From positions 250,620-314,619 of the forward strand of contig CAYFMS010000001.1 of NCBI GenBank assembly GCA_964344415.1: DNA of 64,000 bases. Reading direction: 5' to 3'. The notes under the pieces were generated by a model. It had not been told where the DNA came from and ran no database searches. It worked only from the letters and a program-made list of their open reading frames with translations. Position 1 is the first letter of the stretch, and the number at the start of each line of letters is the position of its first letter. The translations under genes were made by a program, and so were the position numbers. This document shows, in pieces, positions 39,458 to 49,002 of this stretch. Source of the stretch: an uncultured Gammaproteobacteria bacterium (lineage in GTDB: Bacteria; Patescibacteriota; Patescibacteriia; UBA9934).

Positions 39458-40372
39458 ATGAGTCAAAAAATTGGGGGGCTCGGTCGTGGTTTGGGTGCAC
39501 TTCTACCACAAACAGCGCCGGTGAAAACAGATGTTAAGCCAAAGAGGCAAGAGATATCAGATGAAAAAATGTCTGATCTTGAAATTGATATTGCATCGAA
39601 GATCAGGGTGCTTGAAATTTCGCCAGATGACATTATTGAAAATCCACATCAGCCCCGCACCTATTTTTCAGACGAAGAACTTAACGATTTAAAAGCGTCC
39701 ATTAAAGAGCATGGTATTTTGCAGCCTCTAGTTGTTTCGGAGCGAGCGGGTGGTCGATTTGAACTCATCGCTGGAGAGAGAAGATTGCGTGCATCTCGCG
39801 CAATTGGACTCGAAAAAGTCCCAGTTATTGTTCGAAGTGAAATCACTGAACAAAAGAAATTAGAATTAGCTCTAATCGAAAATATTCAGCGCCAGCAATT
39901 GAATGCGGTTGAAGAGGCGAAGGCATATGAAGCGCTTGCTGATCTTTTTTCGCTGACGCAGGCGCAAGTTGCCGAACGAGTAGGGAAGAGTCGTTCATAT
40001 GTGACGAATATCATGCGTTTACTTGATTTGAATGATGAGATGCTTGATGCATTGACAAGAGGAAAGATCACAAAGAGTCATGCGCGCGCATTGCTTTCAG
40101 AGGGTGATGCTGAGAAACGAAAAGTCCTTTTTGATCAGATGATGCAAGGGGGAATGACGGTTCGTGAGGTTGAAGCAAAAGCAACAGGACTTGAGCGGCA
40201 TGTTTCAAAATCTTCAAAGAAAGATCCAAATATCGTGGCTCTTGAGCATGAATTACGGCAAGAGCTTGGGACGAAAGTACAGATTAATATGCGCGGTGTA
40301 GGTGGAAAAATGACAATTACTTTTTATTCTAAATCTGATTTAAAACGCATTATTGAAAAATTGATGGACTGA
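39458..40372 (+). CDS. parB: Chromosome partitioning protein ParB/Spo0J
   Basis: GILQPLVV...LIAGERRLRASRAIGLEKVPVIV ParB box. Confidence 0.9.
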   Translation: MSQKIGGLGRGLGALLPQTAPVKTDVKPKRQEISDEKMSDLEIDIASKIRVLEISPDDIIENPHQPRTYFSDEELNDLKASIKEHGILQPLVVSERAGGRFELIAGERRLRASRAIGLEKVPVIVRSEITEQKKLELALIENIQRQQLNAVEEAKAYEALADLFSLTQAQVAERVGKSRSYVTNIMRLLDLNDEMLDALTRGKITKSHARALLSEGDAEKRKVLFDQMMQGGMTVREVEAKATGLERHVSKSSKKDPNIVALEHELRQELGTKVQINMRGVGGKMTITFYSKSDLKRIIEKLMD

Positions 40373-40439
40373 GCTCCACTTCCCGTCATGCCAGATACTG
40401 AATCAAGTTCAGTGTATGCTTGGTTCTCCTGTCTGTCGT

Positions 40440-40755
40440 CATCTCGAGTGAATACGAGACCTGCCTCTACCTGACGGTAGACAGGTGCCGGCAGGCAGGG
40501 ATCTCTTGTTTTTTCTCTCCTTACTTTTCTTTAAAGAAAAGTAAGCAAAAGAACGCCGCCAGTGCTCGCTTTGTCACATGCATAAAGCGTCATCGCTCGG
40601 GCAAAACAGAGAGTAGGAATGTCTTTATTTTTCTTAATACAGTGGTGCGTTCATTCCTATCGGCTGTTTTGCAATTCCTCGCTCTTGCCGCATGCAATGT
40701 GACAGTCTCGCAGGTGGCGGCAGATTCGAACAGCAAAAATCTAAACAACGAATAG
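40440..40755 (+). repeat. Copy B of ~330-nt structured repeat / candidate ncRNA (inverted relative to 2521..2870)
   Basis: Near-identical ~210-nt core with copy A, perfect 26-bp palindrome at 40519..40544, divergent hairpin-forming flanks. Confidence 0.5.
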
Positions 40756-40808
40756 TTGAATGATTTAAAATAAAAACACGTCCGATTTTATTTACGTGGA
40801 CGTGTTCG

Positions 40809-41009
40809 CTAGACGTTTGAATGAGTCATTGGACTGACGCATTCGCCTCCAAGCGTGGCGGTTCGGCACTCTGGATCATGATTCCAGCTGATGCCAGTGA
40901 CAGTGATGTCGTGAGAACTTGCGACTCGATCGAGCTCCATCGTGGCCTTGATCATATTTGTAGAGCCCTCGAGAATCTCGACAACTTCGCGAATCAAATC
41001 TGTGCTCAT
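40809..41009 (-). CDS. Small hypothetical protein (66 aa) with strong SD
   Basis: AAGGAGAAAG 5 nt upstream of ATG on minus strand; lies just downstream of the relA/spoT homologue. Confidence 0.4.
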   Translation of the reverse strand: MSTDLIREVVEILEGSTNMIKATMELDRVASSHDITVTGISWNHDPECRTATLGGECVSPMTHSNV

Positions 41010-41038
41010 TTCTTTCTCCTTGGCCGTATTTTAACAGA

Positions 41039-42550
41039 TTATCGCTTCATGAGCGAACTGAGGATGGACCGCTTATTTTTCTTCAGCGCATCCTTAATTT
41101 TACTGCGAGCATGGTGCGTTTTTACAAATTTTAGCCAGTCGGCATTTGGACTTTTTCTATTCCGATCTGTGAGGATTTCGCACATATCACCAGACTTCAA
41201 TTCGGCATCAAGGTTCACCATTTGATGATTGATTTTGGCTCCAGAGGCTTTATTCCCGATTTCTGTATGAATATTGTATGCAAAATCGACTGGCGTTGAT
41301 CCGAATGGTAAATCAATAACATCACCTTGCGGAGAAAATACAAAAATTCTGTCTTGGAACATATCGAGCTTTAATTCGGCTAGACGATCCATAAAATCAT
41401 CCTGATCTAATTCCTTTTGAATATCTGAAAGCTCGTCCATCCATTGAATTTGACGCGCTTTAATCTTGCCGCCTTCCTTATATCGCCAATGGGCAGCAAT
41501 ACCGTATTCGGCCTCTTCATGCATTTCTAGTGTTCGAATTTGGAATTCTAAAATGGACCCTTCCGGAGACAGAACGGTTGTATGCAGGGATTGATAGCCA
41601 TTTGGTTTTGGTTGCGCAATATAATCTTTAATACGTCCTGGAAGGGGTTTATACATGGAATGTAAAATTCCGAGCGCTCCATAGCATTCGCTTACATCAT
41701 CTAAAATAATTCGCAGGGCGACAATGTCATAAACTTTATTGATGTCATTTCCATAGCGTTTCAATTTTTTATAGAGGCTGTGACAATATTTGATGCGTCC
41801 ATGAATATTGATAGGGGCGATGTCATGATCGAGAAGATTCGATTCTACTTCTTGCATCGCTTTATTCATCGCTGGTCCGAATTTTTTTACACGTTGCTCA
41901 AGAAGATGCTTTGTCCAGTTATATTCCTTTGGTTCAAGGTATTTGAAGGCATAATCCTCGAAAAGTCCTCTGTATTCACCCATACCGAGGCGGTTAGCAA
42001 TTGGGGCGTAAATTTCCATCACCTCGCGGGCGATGCGTTCGCGCTTATGTTCTGGAATCACGTACAGCGTTTCCATATTATGCATGCGGTCGGCAAATTT
42101 AATAAAAATCACTCGAACATCTTTTGCCATCGCGATAAACATCTTTCGTAGATTTTCGACATAGCGTTCCAGTCCGCGGTATTTTACATGCCCCAATTTT
42201 GTGACAGCAGACACCATTCCGGCAATATCCTCGCCAAACTTTTTCTCGAGCTCTTCTTTTGTAACCTCCGTGTCTTCAACAATATCATGCATGAGTCCCG
42301 CTGCGATCACATTTGCTGGTAATCGCCAATTTGCAAGCTTCATTCCCGTCGCAAATGCGTGAACGAAATATGGCTCACCCGTCTTTCTCATCTGGCCCTC
42401 ATGCGCTTTTTTCGACAAATTATATGCCTTTTTAATAATGCCAATATCGTCCTCGGTATAGCGATCCGGGGCAAGTTTGGCTTTTAATACACTAAAATTT
42501 GTGCCTGTATTTACTTTTGCGGGCATACTACCAATGTAACATGTCTGCAA
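41039..42550 (-). CDS. Short bifunctional RelA/SpoT homologue (HD hydrolase + (p)ppGpp synthetase + TGS; no ACT domain)
   Basis: HD motif HDIVEDT, synthetase-domain consensus, 503 aa. Confidence 0.85.
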   Translation of the reverse strand: MQTCYIGSMPAKVNTGTNFSVLKAKLAPDRYTEDDIGIIKKAYNLSKKAHEGQMRKTGEPYFVHAFATGMKLANWRLPANVIAAGLMHDIVEDTEVTKEELEKKFGEDIAGMVSAVTKLGHVKYRGLERYVENLRKMFIAMAKDVRVIFIKFADRMHNMETLYVIPEHKRERIAREVMEIYAPIANRLGMGEYRGLFEDYAFKYLEPKEYNWTKHLLEQRVKKFGPAMNKAMQEVESNLLDHDIAPINIHGRIKYCHSLYKKLKRYGNDINKVYDIVALRIILDDVSECYGALGILHSMYKPLPGRIKDYIAQPKPNGYQSLHTTVLSPEGSILEFQIRTLEMHEEAEYGIAAHWRYKEGGKIKARQIQWMDELSDIQKELDQDDFMDRLAELKLDMFQDRIFVFSPQGDVIDLPFGSTPVDFAYNIHTEIGNKASGAKINHQMVNLDAELKSGDMCEILTDRNRKSPNADWLKFVKTHHARSKIKDALKKNKRSILSSLMKR

Positions 42551-42582
42551 AAATAAAAAAGAGCTTGTATTTGGTGCTTTAT

Positions 42583-42616
42583 AAAAAAATGCCCCATATC
42601 GTGAGTGATATGGGGC
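42583..42616 (-). terminator. Terminator after gene C (hairpin GCCCCATATC-GTGAGT-GATATGGGGC then T-run on minus strand)
   Basis: Same architecture (AAAAAATG-CCCC...GGGG) as the two hairpins in the fusA-tuf island. Confidence 0.5.
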
Positions 42617-42636
42617 GCGGTCTTTAGCCGGAGATA

Positions 42637-43407
42637 TTACTCTCTGAAGACGGGCACAGCGAGGGAGCCGTCGTCTTTGTCGTACCGATACGCTTCCAGA
42701 AAGATCACGCAGGTGTAGCTGTCAAGAACGATAAAGGGCACGCTCCGCCAGGATTTGTCGCGAGTCGTCTTGCACTCCAGACCCGGGATGAACCAGCCGA
42801 AGCGCTTCGTGTGGTCGGTTGCCTTCATCCGCTGTGGGTGTTGGGCAGCAACATACATGAGCGCAAGGCCGGGGGAGGTCTTGGGATCACGCACCTCGAC
42901 AGGCTTCTTGCCTACATTCGTGTCGAGCTTGACGCATCGCCAGCGCAGCGTCCACGGCTTGAAGTCCTCAGATCCCTCAAGTAGCCGGAGATTGTTGGGA
43001 CTCGATATCATGCCACCCCACCGCTTGCTGGCACTCTGGCCGTCTTTGGTCCAGTCCCAGGCGAAATCGAAGCTCTCCTGCAAATCACTGAGATTTACTT
43101 CGAGCACCACGACCGTTTCCAGATCTTTGGGATCGAAGTCGGGAGCCTTCTCGGGCCCGTCCCAGGTGAAGCGGGTGAAGTCGATGTCCTTCTCGGTGCA
43201 ACGTACCTTGAAGGCCGACATTACATCCGCAGCGGGATTGAAGACCTCGTGGATGAGGTGACACTTCGGGTGACCCTTGAGTTCGCCGACCCACCAATTC
43301 ATCAAATCATCGTCACTGAGGAGCTTCTTGATCAACTTGACCGTGCCGCCGAAGCGGAAGAACCGGTTGATGAACTCCACTGCCTGGTTGAGGAAAATGT
43401 CGGGCAT
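42637..43407 (-). CDS. Hypothetical protein C (GC-rich; paralog of A and of B's C-terminus)
   Basis: AGAGG RBS then ATG (MPDIFLNQ...); shared motifs HLIHEVFNPAAD, QHPQRM...WFIPG...SWRSVPFIVLDS. Confidence 0.55.
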   Translation of the reverse strand: MPDIFLNQAVEFINRFFRFGGTVKLIKKLLSDDDLMNWWVGELKGHPKCHLIHEVFNPAADVMSAFKVRCTEKDIDFTRFTWDGPEKAPDFDPKDLETVVVLEVNLSDLQESFDFAWDWTKDGQSASKRWGGMISSPNNLRLLEGSEDFKPWTLRWRCVKLDTNVGKKPVEVRDPKTSPGLALMYVAAQHPQRMKATDHTKRFGWFIPGLECKTTRDKSWRSVPFIVLDSYTCVIFLEAYRYDKDDGSLAVPVFRE

Positions 43408-43583
43408 TTTGTACCTCTGAAGCCATCTCCGACTAGCCTGCAAGAACACCCAATGTGCCTAGCAAACCTGCCGATATATGTATTGAGAATGGCATCCTCG
43501 AGCCACAAATGTAGCTAGAAAATGCCGTTCTCAATGAAAAGAGTGGTTGTTTAGTGTAGAGTATTTTTCACTCCTTGTCAATC

Positions 43584-45845
43584 CTAATCCTTCTTTTTTG
43601 GCCACCGCGCGCGTGGGTTTTCACGCTTTGCTTGCAGTCTTTCAATGGCGATTTCTGCCGTTACTTCTTTCGGGTCCATCGACTTTGGAATGGAAACATT
43701 CGTTTTACCATCTGTGATATAGGGTCCGAATCGTCCGTCTTTAATAAGAATCGGACTCTTTGAATTCGGATCTTCTCCTAATTCGGCAATTGGCGTCATG
43801 GCCTTTTTCTTTGCTTCTTCAGCTTCTTTCAGTAGTACACGCGCCGTAGCTTCATCGATTTCAAAAATATTATTGTCTTCCGGAATAGAAGCATTTACTT
43901 TTCCAGATTTTAGATACGGTCCATAAGGTCCGATCAATGCTTGAATCTCAGTACCGTCCTCTCGACTTCCGACTAATCGCGGCAATTCAAGAAGCTTCAA
44001 TGCTTCTTCATATGTCACAGATTCCATATTCATGGATTTGAGTAGGGAAACATTTTTCGTTTTTTCACCTCCCTCAACATATTCTCCCAGTTGAATATAG
44101 CCCCCAAACCGACCCGTTTTTACATAAATCGGCTTTCCAGTTTTTGGGTCATCGCCGAGCTTGCGAGGCGGCATAATGTCTTCTCGCGTCAAATCCTTTT
44201 CCTTCTTTTCTAAGTTTTCGTGGAATGGTCCATAAAAACCTTCGAGCATAGGACGCCATTCAACTTTACCTTCCGCAATTTCATCCAGTGTTTTCTCCAT
44301 TGTTGCCGTAAATTCGAAGTTCACAATATTCTCGAAATGTTCAACGAGAAGGTCATTAACGATAAAGGCAATATCAAGCGGGAAGAGTTTTCGATTCTCA
44401 TCTCGGTCAATGTATCCACGATCAACAATGGTACCAATGGTAGGTGCATAGGTAGATGGTCTTCCAATCCCATGCTCTTCCAGTTCCTTAATCAGCATAG
44501 CATCTGAATACCGTGCTGGCGGTTGCGTAAAGTGCTGTCCAGCTTCAATATTCTTCGCTTTCAGTTTTTCACCTTCCTTCAAATCGGGGAGAATCTTTTC
44601 TTTTGCAGATTTATACACTTTCATGAAACCATCAAAAACGATAATGCTTCCATTTGCGCGCATCGTGTAATCTTTCGCGGTAAAATCGACAGCGGTTTGT
44701 TCGATCTTTGCCGGTGGAAGCTGACTTGCAACCGTTCTTCGCCAAATCAAATCATAAATCTTGAACATTTGTGCATCGATATCTGACTTCAAGCGATCCG
44801 GCGTTGCGGTGATGTCGGTTGGGCGAATAGCTTCATGAGCTTCTTGCGCGCCTTTTGATTTTGTTTTGTACTGAACAGACCCTTTCGCATAATCTGCTCC
44901 ATAAACTGATGAGATAAAGCTTTGCGCATCATCAAGGAATTGCTTCGATAAATTCATCGAGTCGGTACGCATATACGTTATGCGTCCGGTTTCATAGAGT
45001 TTTTGCGCAAGTCGCATTGTTTGCTTCGCGCTGTAACCAAATTTATTATTCGCTTCTTGCTGCAAAATTGATGTTCGAAGAGGTGTTGGACTTTTGCGAC
45101 TACGATGTTTCTTTTCAATCGAGGAAACGGTGAAGTTTTCATCTTTAATATCATCGACGATTTTTGTCGCCTCTTCTTCTGACTTGATGTCGAGTTTATC
45201 GAGCTTTTTTCCTGCACGATGCGTTAGTTTTGCTGGTAATTCTTGCTCAGATTTTTCGAAAAGTCCTTCAATGGTCCAATACTCTTCTTGATCGAATGCG
45301 CGTCGTTCGCGTTCACGCTCTACAATGAGGCGCACAGCGACGGACTGAACGCGGCCAGCTGAAAGTCCTCGACGAACTTTTTTCCATAAAAACGGTGATA
45401 ATTCATAACCAACAATGCGGTCAAGAATACGCCGAGCTTGCTGAGCATCTACGAGATCCTGTTCAATGGTACGCGGTGCCTCAAGTGCCTTATTGATTGC
45501 CTTCTTCGTAATCTCGTGGAAAGTAATACGCTTCGCCTTTTTTGGATCGAGCTTTAAAATTTGTGCAATATGCCATGCAATTGCCTCTCCTTCGCGGTCT
45601 TCATCAGTAGCAAGGTAGACTTCATCTGCATCCTTTGCGGCGCGCTTTAAGTCTGTCGCCCGTTTCTTTTTATCTGTCGGTACAATGTATTTTGGTTCAA
45701 ATCCATTCTCAAAATCCACGCCCATTTCCTTTTTCGGGAGATCACGAATATGGCCGAATGATGAAATAACGGCATAGGTATCCCCAAGGAATTTATTAAT
45801 TGTCTTCGCCTTTGTGGGCGACTCAACGATCAGGAGCTTTTTCAT
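43584..45845 (-). CDS. topA: DNA topoisomerase I
   Basis: MKKLLIVESPTKAKTINKFLG...TOPRIM and active-site Tyr region, 753 aa. Confidence 0.95.
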   Translation of the reverse strand: MKKLLIVESPTKAKTINKFLGDTYAVISSFGHIRDLPKKEMGVDFENGFEPKYIVPTDKKKRATDLKRAAKDADEVYLATDEDREGEAIAWHIAQILKLDPKKAKRITFHEITKKAINKALEAPRTIEQDLVDAQQARRILDRIVGYELSPFLWKKVRRGLSAGRVQSVAVRLIVERERERRAFDQEEYWTIEGLFEKSEQELPAKLTHRAGKKLDKLDIKSEEEATKIVDDIKDENFTVSSIEKKHRSRKSPTPLRTSILQQEANNKFGYSAKQTMRLAQKLYETGRITYMRTDSMNLSKQFLDDAQSFISSVYGADYAKGSVQYKTKSKGAQEAHEAIRPTDITATPDRLKSDIDAQMFKIYDLIWRRTVASQLPPAKIEQTAVDFTAKDYTMRANGSIIVFDGFMKVYKSAKEKILPDLKEGEKLKAKNIEAGQHFTQPPARYSDAMLIKELEEHGIGRPSTYAPTIGTIVDRGYIDRDENRKLFPLDIAFIVNDLLVEHFENIVNFEFTATMEKTLDEIAEGKVEWRPMLEGFYGPFHENLEKKEKDLTREDIMPPRKLGDDPKTGKPIYVKTGRFGGYIQLGEYVEGGEKTKNVSLLKSMNMESVTYEEALKLLELPRLVGSREDGTEIQALIGPYGPYLKSGKVNASIPEDNNIFEIDEATARVLLKEAEEAKKKAMTPIAELGEDPNSKSPILIKDGRFGPYITDGKTNVSIPKSMDPKEVTAEIAIERLQAKRENPRARWPKKKD

Positions 45846-45885
45846 ATCGCGCTTATCATGATGTCCATTTTATCATTTGTCAAAT

Positions 45886-47175
45886 CTATTTTTGCTTTGC
45901 AGCTTGCTGTACGATCTCTTTTTCACTCATCCATAATGACCGAATTTCCCCGGCGGTATAGAGTGATCCTGTAACCAAAAGTGCCTCATCTTTTTTAAGA
46001 TTCTTAGCGATGCTTTGCACAGCTTGCTTTGGGTCGAGGAACATATTTCCGCGTTTTGAAGCAGGGACCTTCTTCAAGATAAATGATGGGTTCTGGGCCT
46101 TTCTATGTGTGTCAGTGAAACGAGTTGCATGAATTCGGTCAGCGACGGGGAGAATGAGTTTCAGGCTTTTTTCAAGTTCCTTCTTTCCTGATGCTGAATA
46201 TAGGACATGTAATTTTTTTCCAATGCGTCTCGCAAGCTCGGCGCCAGCAGCCACTTTTGCAGGATTATGTGCACCATCCAATATAATGAAAGGACTCTTT
46301 GAAATAACTTCAAATCGGCAGGGGAGGGGCTGATAGTCTGATAGGGCCTTTTCTACTGCATCCTCTGAAACATGCAATTCTTTTGCTGCTGCCACTGCGA
46401 TGGCGGCATTATGCGCACCATGCTTACCAGCGAGATTCGGATTGCGATGATGTAATTCATTTGTGACAAAGAATAGGGCGGCATCTTTCTTTACGGCTTC
46501 TTCACAAAAAACCTTTTTTAGCCTTGGTCTGCTTTCTCCAACAATGGTATTCCCTCCTTTTTTTATAATCCCAGCCTTTGCATGCGCAATCGCCTCGAGC
46601 GTGTCACCAAGAATTTCAGTATGATCTTTGCTGACATTGGTGATAATAGCGAGTTGTGATGTCGCAATCGCATTTGTTCCATCATATCGGCCGCCGCATC
46701 CGACCTCTAATACGCAATATTCAGCCCCAGCTTTTTCAAATGCATAGAGGCCAAGGGCCGTTGATAAATCAAAAAAAGATAGGGGAGGGTGTTTTTGTAA
46801 AAATGTAATATATGTTTTTGTAACCTCGGCAATGCATTTTATGAATACATCGGGATTAATAAGATTGTTTTGGAATATGAATCGTTCGAGGAATGTTGTT
46901 GTATGCGGTGAAATATATGCAGATGTTTTCTTACCGTCACGCGTGAGCATCATTTGAATGAGTTTCGCTACCGTTCCTTTCCCGCTCGTTCCGGTGATAT
47001 GGACAATATTCATTTTTTTGTCTGGTGCATCGAGTGCATCCAAAAAAGAACGCATGTTTTTGATCCTCGAATCGAGTACGCGCTTTGAATTCGTTGATGT
47101 TGGCTGATAAATATTATGCAGCGAAATAAAACCCTCAACGGATTTTTTGTATTTCAAATAGAGATCCTTTTTCAT
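45886..47175 (-). CDS. folC: Folylpolyglutamate synthase/dihydrofolate synthase (Mur ligase family)
   Basis: HITGTSGKGTV P-loop, Mur ligase middle-domain pattern. Confidence 0.8.
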   Translation of the reverse strand: MKKDLYLKYKKSVEGFISLHNIYQPTSTNSKRVLDSRIKNMRSFLDALDAPDKKMNIVHITGTSGKGTVAKLIQMMLTRDGKKTSAYISPHTTTFLERFIFQNNLINPDVFIKCIAEVTKTYITFLQKHPPLSFFDLSTALGLYAFEKAGAEYCVLEVGCGGRYDGTNAIATSQLAIITNVSKDHTEILGDTLEAIAHAKAGIIKKGGNTIVGESRPRLKKVFCEEAVKKDAALFFVTNELHHRNPNLAGKHGAHNAAIAVAAAKELHVSEDAVEKALSDYQPLPCRFEVISKSPFIILDGAHNPAKVAAGAELARRIGKKLHVLYSASGKKELEKSLKLILPVADRIHATRFTDTHRKAQNPSFILKKVPASKRGNMFLDPKQAVQSIAKNLKKDEALLVTGSLYTAGEIRSLWMSEKEIVQQAAKQK

Positions 47176-47215
47176 TCTTCTCGATTGTAGCGATTCACCC
47201 TGTGTATTTCAAGTT

Positions 47216-48055
47216 TTAAGGCAATCGATACTGCATGCCTGCTTCTTGAATGATTGCTTGCTTGAGTTCGAGCTCGGAGAGCGTGGCCATGATTGTCGCG
47301 GCATCCATTCCCGTCTTTTCTATCATATGATCGATATGCATAGGAGCATCCGTTATATGGGTCAGTATGGCTTTTTCCGTATCATTTTCCGGTTTATACG
47401 CGATGCGAGTTTTTTCTGCCGATCCAAAATATTCCGTGATTACTGAACGATTTATGAGAGGGATAGCGCCTTGAGCGATTAAGCCATTTGTTCCGGCAGA
47501 TTGGGGGCTGTTGACTGGGCCAGGGAGGGCGAAGACTTCACGATTTTGCTCCATTGCTGTTCTTGCTGTAATAAGGGATCCAGACCGAAGCGCTGCTTCT
47601 ATAACAATAGTCGCTTTGGACATTCCTGAAATAATTCGATTACGAATCGGGAAAAGACCTTTGTGGGGAATTTTATCAGGTTCCTGTTCTGAAATAACAG
47701 CGCCCCCATTTTCGATAATATGTTTTGCTAATCGTTTTTCCCGCAGGGACATTTTCTGATGTCCACCTGCGAGTATGGCTATGCTTGGAATTCCTGCTTG
47801 TATACATGCGGTATGTGCAGCAGTATCAATCCCATAAGCAAGGCCGCTAACGATGCAAAAACCATCTGGGATGCTGCTTACGAGCCTTTCGGTACATCTC
47901 TTTCCATATGGCGTCGCCATTCTTGATCCAACGATAGCTATATAATGATTGGCATTTGGAATATGGCCGGCAATGTATAATTGTTTTGGTGGATCATAAA
48001 TTTCGCGGAGAAGCTTTGGATATGCTTCATCGCTACATTGAATTCTCTTTGGCAT
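47216..48055 (-). CDS. dprA: DNA processing protein DprA
   Basis: IAIVGSRMATPYGKRCTERLV Rossmann-like core and C-terminal winged-helix region. Confidence 0.85.
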   Translation of the reverse strand: MPKRIQCSDEAYPKLLREIYDPPKQLYIAGHIPNANHYIAIVGSRMATPYGKRCTERLVSSIPDGFCIVSGLAYGIDTAAHTACIQAGIPSIAILAGGHQKMSLREKRLAKHIIENGGAVISEQEPDKIPHKGLFPIRNRIISGMSKATIVIEAALRSGSLITARTAMEQNREVFALPGPVNSPQSAGTNGLIAQGAIPLINRSVITEYFGSAEKTRIAYKPENDTEKAILTHITDAPMHIDHMIEKTGMDAATIMATLSELELKQAIIQEAGMQYRLP

Positions 48056-48061
48056 ATTGGA

Positions 48062-48358
48062 CTATGAATGCCATTTTTTCTCATGTGTATCTACGCGATC
48101 CCGAATTTCATTACTTGCATCTGATCGGACTTCCCAAATTTTTCTGTCGAGATAATCTTTTGTGACCATTTCTGAACGGATTCTTGTGATCTCACGATTG
48201 AATTCATTTTTTGTCACCATTTGAGCCTCGATGAGCGCAAAACGACGATCCACATGGGTCGCGAAGCTCTGAATAACTTCGGTTAATTCTTGAACGGCTT
48301 TCCCCACGATGCGCTCGACAATGCGCTCAACATCCGGGACTGTTGTGTATTTGGACAT
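48062..48358 (-). CDS. Hypothetical coiled-coil protein
   Basis: 98-aa ORF between dprA and pth, charged/helical. Confidence 0.4.
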   Translation of the reverse strand: MSKYTTVPDVERIVERIVGKAVQELTEVIQSFATHVDRRFALIEAQMVTKNEFNREITRIRSEMVTKDYLDRKIWEVRSDASNEIRDRVDTHEKKWHS

Positions 48359-48399
48359 AACAATGTTGTGGGGAGTGGAATTATATATTCAGTTTACCA

Positions 48400-49002
48400 C
48401 TAAAATGTTTGCTCTTCTATCTCTTGATTTTTGATCTTTTCCACAATGGCTCGAGTGATGCCGTGTAGTTCGCTTATTTCTTTTTTATCGAATTTCGACA
48501 GAACCCATTTTTCAAGTGGCATCTTTTCTGGCGCTGATCCGACGCCGATTTTTATGCGCCAATAATCTTCACCGATATGTTTTGTTAATGATTTTACGCC
48601 ATTATGCCCTCCGCTTGATCCACCTTTTCGTATGCGCAATTTTCCAAATTCAAGTGTCACATCGTCATAAACAACAATCACTTCTTCAGTTTTATATTGC
48701 TGCTTGAGCGCTTGCGCGGCTTCACCAGAAGCATTCATGAATGTAAGCGGCTTGGCAAGAATGGCCTTTTTCCCATTTAGCTGCGTTTCAATGATTTCTG
48801 CCTTGAATTTTTTATTCACTTTCCAAGTCTCACCAAGATCCTCCGCCAGTGCATCGAGTACAGCAAAGCCGACATTATGCCTCGTTCCATCATATTTCCC
48901 CCCCGGATTTCCAAGGCCAATGATAAGCATATTATCCACGAGTGGTGTGGCTTTTCTTTCTTTCCTCGACAGAAATCCGAATAGGGCTTCCTTCAAAGTC
49001 AT
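48400..49002 (-). CDS. pth: Peptidyl-tRNA hydrolase (alternative start at 48930 would abut der stop)
   Basis: LIIGLGNPGGKYDGTRHNVGF. Confidence 0.85.
   Translation of the reverse strand: MTLKEALFGFLSRKERKATPLVDNMLIIGLGNPGGKYDGTRHNVGFAVLDALAEDLGETWKVNKKFKAEIIETQLNGKKAILAKPLTFMNASGEAAQALKQQYKTEEVIVVYDDVTLEFGKLRIRKGGSSGGHNGVKSLTKHIGEDYWRIKIGVGSAPEKMPLEKWVLSKFDKKEISELHGITRAIVEKIKNQEIEEQTF

Noticed and set aside
40821-41225. 134-aa plus-strand ORF
   Set aside because: It overlaps the 3' end of the well-supported minus-strand relA/spoT homologue and the small SD-preceded minus-strand ORF. It has no RBS.
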